NCBI GenBank assembly: GCA_043228905.1
Contig: JBHGNT010000452.1
Location: 1 to 24,775, forward strand
DNA: 24,775 nucleotides
Source of the DNA: Azolla caroliniana
Taxonomy: Eukaryota > Plantae > Polypodiophyta
Reading direction: 5' to 3'
Shown here: one piece after another, positions 1 through 8,001 of the stretch
How positions within the stretch are numbered: the stretch's first letter is position 1
Layout: every line of letters starts with the position of its first letter
Position numbers and translations under genes: made by a program
The notes under the pieces: generated by a model
The model's database searches: none
What the model saw: only the letters and a program-made list of their open reading frames with translations
What the model was told of the DNA's origin: nothing

Positions 1-171
1 AAACATAAACTTCTCTCTAAACAAAAGCCAAATCAATAGAATGTCTATATTATGTAATATTATATTAATACAATACATAAAAAATTTATTTTTAATATAG
101 TAATTGTATTTAAAATATCAATTATTATTTAAACTACATCTATATGAAGTTAAATCAAGTATAATATAAAT

Positions 172-430
172 CTAATCATTGCCAAGCCATAAATATGTTG
201 GATTAATGTTAAAATCATTGGCTAATTAATGACACCCATATTTGATATAGAACCTCTCACTCATTGGTTCTTTAATGCTCACCATTTTAAATATTAGACT
301 TATCAATCATTGGTTAATTCATGCCCACATCTTTAATACACAACATTTGAGAGTCATAAAAATTGTTGCTTTTAGTAATCAATCATTGGTACATTCATGA
401 ACCTCTATCATTGTCTCCTTCATGACCTTT
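172..430. repeat. Degenerate iterated motif (ATCATTGG-N5-6-ATG; CCAAT box on minus strand)
   Basis: TCATTGG at 215, 261, 307 (46-bp spacing) and 383; variants TCATTGC at about 176 and TCATTGT at about 409; most followed by a TTAATG/TTCATG-like word. Confidence 0.55.
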
Positions 431-612
431 GAAGTTATTGCATGTTGTTATGACTATAAAAGATTGATCAATATGTTAGTTTGACTTTGTAATCATTAAT
501 GCAATCATAAGTTACTCTAGTTAATGTGACTGTGGTTACCAACTAACTATCCTCAAACTTACCAACCTTGGTTAAGGTGACTATGGTTACTTTAACCAAT
601 GTGGTCAATCCC

Positions 613-620
613 TATAAATA
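613..620 (+). promoter_or_regulatory. TATA box of the ParB-MTase gene
   Basis: CCTATAAATAGG about 150 nt upstream of ACCATG at 765, followed about 30 nt later by a pyrimidine-CA initiator-like stretch. Confidence 0.6.
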
Positions 621-652
621 GGAAGACCTCGTCATATTTCACTCACAAGAGC

Positions 653-727
653 ACACAAGAGCGTACAGAACGTACAGAGCACATAGAGCACACAGAGCGT
701 ACAGAGCACACAGAGCACGAAGCACAA
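653..727 (+). repeat. 9-bp tandem repeat (ACAGAGCAC/ACAGAGCGT) in putative 5' UTR
   Basis: About 7-8 degenerate units read directly; they explain the ERT/EHT repeats in spurious ORF 599..799. Confidence 0.8.
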
Positions 728-764
728 AAGCGCGATCTCCGCCTCCACTGCCACACAATCAACC

Positions 765-3700
765 ATGTCTTCAAAGAGAATCGAGCGCGAGGACTCTAGG
801 TACGCCTCTGACACTGTGGACATTTTTGTAAATATGTTTTGTCGCTCAAGAACTCGATACGGCGTATCGGAGTTCCTATTTTTTTTTTTGCTTTTTAAAC
901 AGGAACTCGATACGGCGTATCGAGTTCCTGTTTAAAGTGTAGGTTTTATACAGGAACTTGATACGGCGTATCGAGTTCCTGTTTAAAAAGCAAAGAAAAC
1001 ACAGGAACTCGATACGACGTATCGAGTTCTTGTTTAAAAAGCAAAGAAAACACAGGAACTCGATATGGTGTATCGAGTTCCTGTTTAAAAGGCAAAGAAA
1101 ACACAGGAACTCAATAGTATCAAGTTCTTGTTTAAAGTTTAGGTTTTAAACAGGAACTCTGTACGGCGTATTGAGTTCCTGTTTAAAAAGCAAAGAAAAC
1201 ACAGGAACTCGATACAGTGTATCGAGTTCCCGTTTAAAGTGCCGTATCGAGTTCCTGTATAAAAGAAGGCCCTGAAAGAGAAAAATTGTGTTTTTAGGGC
1301 AACAATTAATTATTGTGTGGAAAAGATATCAAATTGTCTGTCAAAATAAGTCTTTTTTATGTTGACTTGCCTTACTTTTTAAAAAAAACATGCCCTAATT
1401 ATAGGTGTTTTATGACCTACTATAGCTTAAAAGAGTAGAAAATAACCCACAAATTACCTTTATGATAGCAAATTCTCCTCAATATAGGTCTGGAATCAAT
1501 ATAAGTCATACCTCCTCTTTAAAAGAATATATAACCCTGTTTACTTATTACGAGATATATTTTCTAGTTTGAATAACCCTGCCTAGAATAGAATTTTGAA
1601 TATAGGACTACCATGTACTCTAATCGCCTGATTTTCACTTCACCACTAATCGCCTGCTAGTGAGAACCGTTCTTCATCTACTTATTTATATTTTAATATA
1701 TAACCTTAATCTACGTGACCACCTAACTTATGTTTTTGCATGTACTTTCTTAAATAGGTCGTTTGAGAACCTGTCGGACCGACCTGTGAAGAAAATAAAG
1801 CTTCGCATACAGGGTTCTCCAATCGAAGCCCAGACCAAGGTAGCTCCTGAGTCCATGAAGAGAGGAAAAAAGCTTCTCTTGAACGAGGAGACAAAATCTC
1901 AACCACACATTGACGTTAGCCAAAAGAAATTTGTAGCCGCTACTGGAGGTGAAGACCTTCTTGACCGTGATCTAACAGACAAGGAATGGTGTATGCAATA
2001 TGTTGACTCAAAGAAAAAAGTCGTATTGTATACAACAAAGAAGAAGGGGGAGGGGCAGCTTGGAAAGGAAACCCCATTTATGTATGGCCGTATTCTACGA
2101 TTTGACTACGAAGTTGCAGATTCGGCCAACATACTAGTAATGATAGAGTGCTCCAAGAGGGTACGTAAAGTGTTCCTTTCAGAAGATCTTTTAGTAAAGG
2201 AATCTTGTGGGCCAGAAGCGTTCAAAAAAGATCTTGAAAGCTCACAAAACTTTATTGTTACCTTGAGGACTTATATACAAGGCCATGTAACTCTAAGAGT
2301 GAAGTGCCCTCCCCATTGAAGGCCACAAAAAGGGTATCCAAAGTCCAGTCAAGATCACCAAAGAAGAAGACAACCAAAATGTCAGACTCCGATTCAACAA
2401 GTGAAAACGAAGAGGAGGACAATAAGGGGACGACAGGAGCTGAGCTGGCATCGGGTGTTTTGTCATCCGAGCAGAATAAGCTAAGGAGAGAGTTAATGCA
2501 ACGTAAATTGGTGAGGAAAGGGCAAATGTTTAATCTGCCTATAACACACATCCATCGGCCCCCTATTGATGAAAAAACAGGTCGACGACCACTTGAGATT
2601 AGAGAGCCACACCGCATGCATATTCAAAATCTCAAGAAAAAAATGAAAATTAATCCTCATGCCACTGTGGTGACTTTTATTGTTATGGTAGATCCTGAAG
2701 AATGTGAAACCATTGAAGATTTTGATATTAGAAAGCATGATCAATATAATTACTTTGTCATTGGTGGATCGCATTCAGCGGAGGCATGTCGGCAACTTGT
2801 GAGAGAACATCCAACGACTTTCTTCTTCAAGTATGCAGAGTGCAAAATTTATGTTGGGCTCACAACCGAAGAGGCTAAGCTGTTGGCATGGGACCATAAT
2901 AATGATAATGACTATAGGCAGAAAATGTCGTCCATTGAGTGTATACGGTTCTTCCACCACGATTATTTGGACGTGAAACAAAAGTTTGGTGTGAAGTTAC
3001 ATCGAGGCCTACGACGTCAATGTCTACATGAAGTCAGCATTGTTGTAGATGATAATGTTAAGTTCGATGGTCTTTGAAAATATGAGTCTTGGTTTCAATT
3101 GGCGTTTAGAGATGGAGAAGTATGGGACCTACAAGATCAAATCTTCTCAATGTGGGAGAATAAGGAGGTAAAGGATCAATGACAAAAGAAATGTAAGGTT
3201 GACCCTCAACTAGAGTTAAAGTCACAAGCCGCCAAGAAAATTGACTTGACAATTGAAGAAGCGGCAGATGACATGAAGCTATCTCTGTGGAGAGCGATGC
3301 AAGGTATTAAGGACGAGCAACTTCTTGTGTCTGTTTTGTCAAGGGTTGTGGCGAAAGATTTAAGCCTTGAAGAAATGGTCACTGAGTTCAATAAGTAAGT
3401 CTTTCAAATACTGAAATTGTAGTCTATATGGTGTAATTCAAAGTTCTAATCTTGATTTCTAATTTTATAGTCATAAGGTGTACATGAAGATCCAAGAAGT
3501 TATGATGAAACAACTTGGATGTATAACTTGGGAACAAGTGACCGAGGATTATCCTCTAACGTCTTCATATAAGGCGTTATCAGAGTATTTTATTGCATTC
3601 AAGGATTGGGTTAGTATTGATGGTTTTTCATTACCCTTTCATCATATGTAGAGCTTGTATAATAATACCTGATGTCCTATTGCTTCTATTAGAAACTGTG

Positions 3701-4981
3701 TCGAGGCAAGAAACAAGGAGAAGTTAAGGATATACATGATTTCCCTACATCCTTCCTTGCACATCTCGAGCAAGCCAGAAAAGAAAAGGATCGTCGCTTA
3801 GTCAAGGCGTATGAAATGGAGGAAGATGGCTCCTTTAAAAAGTTTAGCCACAAAAAAGATATTACGAGAGATCTTTACTACAATGTGGTTTGCGGTGATG
3901 TCGTCGACTTGATCCAAAAGGTGCCAAAGAAGGAATATACGCTAATGATTGCGGATATTCCTTACGGATTTCGAATGGTTGGGTCATCATACGACGATGA
4001 ACCGTTTAGGTTTAAACAATTGGAGAAGATGGTCAAGGATTTCGCTGAGCAAACGACTGCATCCTTGTGGCGAATAGTTGTCTTTCATAGTATGGACCAA
4101 GGGTACTCGGTAGCTCAAGCTTTGAGATCTCATTGCCATGGCATCGAGAACCTTGCATGGTAAGGATTATTTATTGGTGTCTTTCACTATATTGCATTTC
4201 TTAAGGTTGTTCAATCTATTCTTAACTCGATGTATTATTTTTTATAGGATCAAGACCAATGTAAATAGAGGGCCAACTTTTCGGTTTGTTAATGCCATTG
4301 AATACATCACGATTGGCTACTTCGATGAAATTAAGAAACAGAGAATCAAGGAGCATTCTAATGAAGTGAGAGGTTCAAATCTATTGGTATATCCAGCAGT
4401 GACATGGAAATTGCGACATGTCACCACGACAGAACGGGGACTTGTCAACCCATATCAAAAACCTCAGCGACTTATGATGCGCTTGATCGAGATGTTTTCT
4501 ATCGAAGGAGACTGGATATTAGATCTCTTTTCTAGCACAGGTATTCCTCGAACTAGGGTAACGATCTTGAAACCAATACTGAATCTTTTTTGTTTGACAA
4601 CTAAATCTTCTTGTTACTTACTTCACAGGAACGACGTCTGCATGTGCATTGAAGCTCTTTAGAAATACAGTTGCATTGGAGAAGGACGAGGAGCAGGTTA
4701 TATTTATTAATATGCGGATTAAGGCTTTGTGGGAGTGCCCAGCCCAGGATGAGGAGGTCGGTGCAAAGAACCTCGCTAATACAGAAAGGTTTCAACCTGC
4801 TTCGCGAGAGCCTATTCCTCCGTTAGCCGGCAAACCGGGGGAGCTAATAGAGCTTGATGATGAGCTTATAGAAGATATTTCGTTGGCTCGGCTAACAGGG
4901 GAAGCCAATGCACGTATAGCCGAAGAGAGTTCTACACAAGATGATGAAGAAAATGATGTTGATGAATTGATTGCTATGTAA
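765..4981 (+). pseudogene. Spliced ParB/Srx-like domain + beta-class N6-adenine/N4-cytosine DNA methyltransferase fusion (about 974 aa), disabled
   Basis: Exons 765-799, 1758-3394, 3471-3609, 3693-4159, 4248-4540, 4629-4981; all GT-AG and phase-compatible (2924 nt plus one lost base = 975 codons). ParB-like motifs YFVIGGSHSAEACRQL and LTTEEAKLLAWDHNN. MTase motifs VVCGDVVDLI..LMIADIPY (3954-3965), AWIK..FVNAIEYI, NPYQKPQRLMMRLIEMFSIEGDWILDLFSSTG|TTSACALKLFRNTVALEKD. Lesions: 1-nt frameshift at about 2246-2250, in-frame TGA at 3075-3077 and 3180-3182. Confidence 0.88.
850..1262. repeat. Array of palindromic repeats (about 51-bp period) in intron 1
   Basis: Best copy 894-936 TTTAAACAGGAACTCGATACG-G-CGTATCGAGTTCCTGTTTAAA; other copies start at about 850, 945, 1001, 1052, 1103, 1145, 1201, plus a half copy at about 1241; only two linker types (AAGCAAAGAAAAC, GTGTAGGT/GTTTAGGT). 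Confidence 0.95.
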
Positions 4982-5413
4982 TAGACTCTATGAAGAAAAT
5001 GACACTGACGATTTGTTTGGATTTCACATTATTAATACAAATTTTGGGTTTTACCTAGTGGATTCTATTCTTTATAATCTTCTATATGTTTCAATTTTAT
5101 TTTTATATACTTGGCTAGGAGATTTATGACATTGGTTTCACCGCGTGCATAGCTGACTACCAAATTTATGGAGAAACATGAATTAGTTTAAATTGAGGCT
5201 GATTTTGGTCCAAGCTAACCTTAACATAACATGGCCCTACAATTGTTGCCATGACTGTCCATGTTGTTATTATGGATCTTTGTCTTCTATTGTTAAAACT
5301 ATTATGTTTCTATTCCATTGCTGCTTAGATTGTGTAGTGTGTTGATAATGGTTCCACTAGCGTTATCCGCATGTTTTTATACGCTTGTAGTTCCACTTGC
5401 GTTATCGTTCGGA

Positions 5414-5690
5414 GTTTGATCCTGTGTGAATCACCTAAGCAATAGAGTAGATCAATTTTAAATACAGGTATGAAAGCCTTAATAGGTTTGTTATTTCCAC
5501 GACATTATCCTAAAGTTCACTGCCTTACATTGTCCACAACTATAGACATATGGTTTGATCCCATACGAACAAACTGAGGAATAGATTAGATCAACTTTAA
5601 ATACAAGTATTGAATACTTTAATAAGTTAGTTATTCCAATCACATTATCCTAAAGTTCACTATCCTACATTGTCCACAATTATATACATG
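5414..5690. repeat. Diverged 139-bp tandem duplication
   Basis: Units start GTTTGATCC at 5414 and 5553 and share ACATTATCCTAAAGTTCACT and TACATTGTCCACAA. Confidence 0.85.
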
Positions 5691-6069
5691 CACGTATAGG
5701 TCAAAGTATAAATTATAACTCATTTTATTAGTATGGATATAAGTACACCTCATATTTTTGTAAAACTTACCTAATTAATATAAGTCTTTAACTTAGTGTT
5801 TCCCTTGTCGCACAATAGTGACATATTGAGCCATTGTTGAACTTTATTATGCCTACATTAACTTATCAACACGTCCAAACTTGCATGATTTCTAATGATC
5901 TCCACTCGTAAACCTATCATGTATTTTTATATTTGCAAATTCTCATCAAGTTGAGGAACATGTGATACTAGTGCATCCAATTTTTGTAGAGAGGGTGTAT
6001 TTGCTTCGTTTCAAGAAGATTCTACAAGTGGAATGTGCAATCCTTCCACTTGTGAACGCGAACGTGTTC

Positions 6070-6915
6070 AAACCTAAACCCCCTTGAGAAGTAGGTGTGA
6101 TAATAGTTTTCCAAGCTACCTTTGGTTTAACATACTTAAAATTAGTAGAACCCCATAATAAATTGCTAATCAACCTTTGTAACTTTGATAACAAAGATTT
6201 GGAGAATAACTAGGAGGACAGAATATACCACATTGAGGAGAGTAATACTTGATCAGAAACAACAAGCCTCCTTGCAAATGAAAAATTCGTAGAACTCCAA
6301 AAGATAAACTTCTTCCTCAAAGAAAGTAGTAAGAGTTGGACATGACGTTCTAGGGGAAGATTAATTCTCACTTGACACCCTAAATATCTCATAGGAGATC
6401 CCTTTGGTATCCAACGAAATCCAACACCTCAACACCAATAAGCAGTAAAACCTTCCCCAAGTCAAAATCCCATTGATTTATGCCAATTAATAATAACACC
6501 TGAAGTGTCACAGAAATCATGGATCATAGTTTGCACATTACAGAGATTTCTGTCACCTCCTACAACATACAATGTTGTGTGATTTGCAAATTCAAAGCCT
6601 AACACATCCTCCTCCACACTTGGCCACAAAATACCCTTAATAGATAAACTGTTCTTATTCAAGAATGCACTAAAGGCTTCTCCTACGATTGGAAGACCTA
6701 GACAACCCATAACCTCATATAAAATATTCCAATCAACTTTGTCATAAGCTTTCTCAAAATCCAAAAAACAATATTGTTAAGTCTTGTTTTGTTTCTTGCG
6801 CTATTGCTATCATACCCCAAAACACGAAGATATTATCAAATATACTCCTTTCCTGTATAAAGCCTATTTGAGTCTTGTGTACTATATGTGGAAGAAGGCT
6901 GCAAACGTGTTTAAA
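6070..6915 (-). mobile_element. Degenerate L1-like LINE reverse-transcriptase fragment
   Basis: Minus-strand peptides QIGFIQERSIFDNI, DFEKAYDKVDW, EFANHTTLY (decayed FADD), INWHKS, RYLG, KVAWKTI..SQGGLGL; stops, frameshifts and loss of the QGCPL block. Confidence 0.88.
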
Positions 6916-6948
6916 CATTCATTCTCTTATTTATATACATATACACAT

Positions 6949-7386
6949 TGTCATAGACACACCAAGAGCAGACAGGGACGGAGCACGGATGATGGGGCTT
7001 GAGCAACATGAGAGCATGAAGACAATGATGAAGAAGGAGACAAGATGGAATGAAACGAGAATACTCGATTGATGTGTCAATGGCTGGTGTTGAATCCCTT
7101 GAAAGGGACCAAGGGTGTTACAAGTATTTATACAAGTTCCGAGATTGAATATATCTAGAATATACTCGAGAAATATCTCTAGAATATATTGTACAATATT
7201 TCTAGAATATACTAATGACTAGAATATTCTGATTCTGAAATGTATTTTATGCTAGACTATAGAATACTAAATCATTATATACAAATGCATGCTCATATCA
7301 AAATGGTTGAGTATGACATCTTGTTGATGTGAGGCTGTAGGTTCAATCCTCACCAACTATGTATTTCATGTCCCTTTGTTGTGACA
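6949..7386 (-). mobile_element. Solo LTR of a Ty3/Gypsy family related to, but distinct from, the element at 7549
   Basis: TGTCA...TGACA termini, 438 bp. Same internal order as the neighbouring LTRs: purine-rich block, CTGGTGTTGAA, minus-strand TATAAATA at 7125-7132, TCTAGAA repeats, A/B-box module. TSD imperfect (CACAT left, overlapping GA|CACAT right). Confidence 0.72.
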
Positions 7387-7548
7387 CATTTTCATACCAA
7401 TCCACATACAATTATACTAATCTACTTGTAAATCAATAAATTCTATACAAAAATACACACACATCATATGTCTTGATCATTTATTTACACTTATGTAACT
7501 AAACACAAATATACATATAGACATTAACACAAATACAAACATACAAGC

Positions 7549-7634
7549 TGTCAGGATCAGTACTAAGACAGAGAAGGAATTAGTACTAAAAGATTAGGAT
7601 TAGTACTAAGAGAGGTGTAGAACTCTCGAGAGAA

Positions 7635-7683
<49 letters not shown>

Positions 7684-7988
7684 GTGAGAGAATGATGATA
7701 AAAGATATATATTATGTGAAGAGAGTATACAATAGTAGCTAAGAGGCTTAAGACTGGCATTGAACCGATTTGGTTCGAAATAATGCCTTGTGCCTCCTTT
7801 TATAGTGTTCTCAGGAGTACTCCTGAAGTTTCTAGAATGTTCCAAAGAAATCTGGAATATACATCAATTTTCTATAATAAAATATAAATGAAAATAATAT
7901 TCTACATATTACAATGTGTGGTCTAATGGTTAAGAGCTCGACCCATGTAGCATAAGGTCATGGGTTCGAGTCTTGCCATATCATGACA
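7549..7988 (-). repeat. 3' LTR (440 bp)
   Basis: TGTCA...TGACA; direct repeat of 12309-12756 with about 18 substitutions by hand count outside the (GA)n tract. Confidence 0.97.
7914..7981 (+). other. tRNA-like module with Pol III A and B boxes in LTR U3 (second copy about 12682-12749)
   Basis: A-box TGGTCTAATGG 7919-7929, B-box GGTTCGAGTCT 7963-7973, 44 nt apart; partial acceptor, D and T stems, degenerate anticodon arm. Confidence 0.65.
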
Positions 7989-8001
7989 CTATCCCCCCTT
8001 T
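7989..8001 (-). other. Polypurine tract
   Basis: Minus strand AAAGGGGGGATAG directly before the 3' LTR TGTCATGA. Confidence 0.9.

Noticed and set aside
599-1149. ORFs 599..799, 632..823 and 958..1149 as proteins
   Set aside because: Translations of the 9-bp tandem repeat and the palindrome array.
850-1262. CRISPR array
   Set aside because: Linkers are short (about 8-15 nt) and of two recurring types, not unique spacers; no cas genes; eukaryotic intron context.
3075-3182. Selenocysteine, readthrough or RNA-edited TGA codons
   Set aside because: Simple CGA>TGA decay explains both, and the same exon carries a frameshift.
765-4981. Bacterial/phage contamination or a multi-gene operon
   Set aside because: The ORF pieces are joined by five phase-consistent GT-AG introns, preceded by a TATA box, and contiguous with plant TEs and a plant SDR gene.
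5946-6070. Possible exon of a second cargo gene next to the LINE junction
   Set aside because: Short open frames with no recognisable motif or convincing splice pair.
7563-7845. Short ORFs with SLSLSL or ERERER runs (also 22487..22738 and 24512..24709)
   Set aside because: Microsatellite translations.
7914-7981. Functional tRNA gene
   Set aside because: The anticodon arm does not pair and the T-stem has mismatches; it is part of an LTR, so reported only as tRNA-like.
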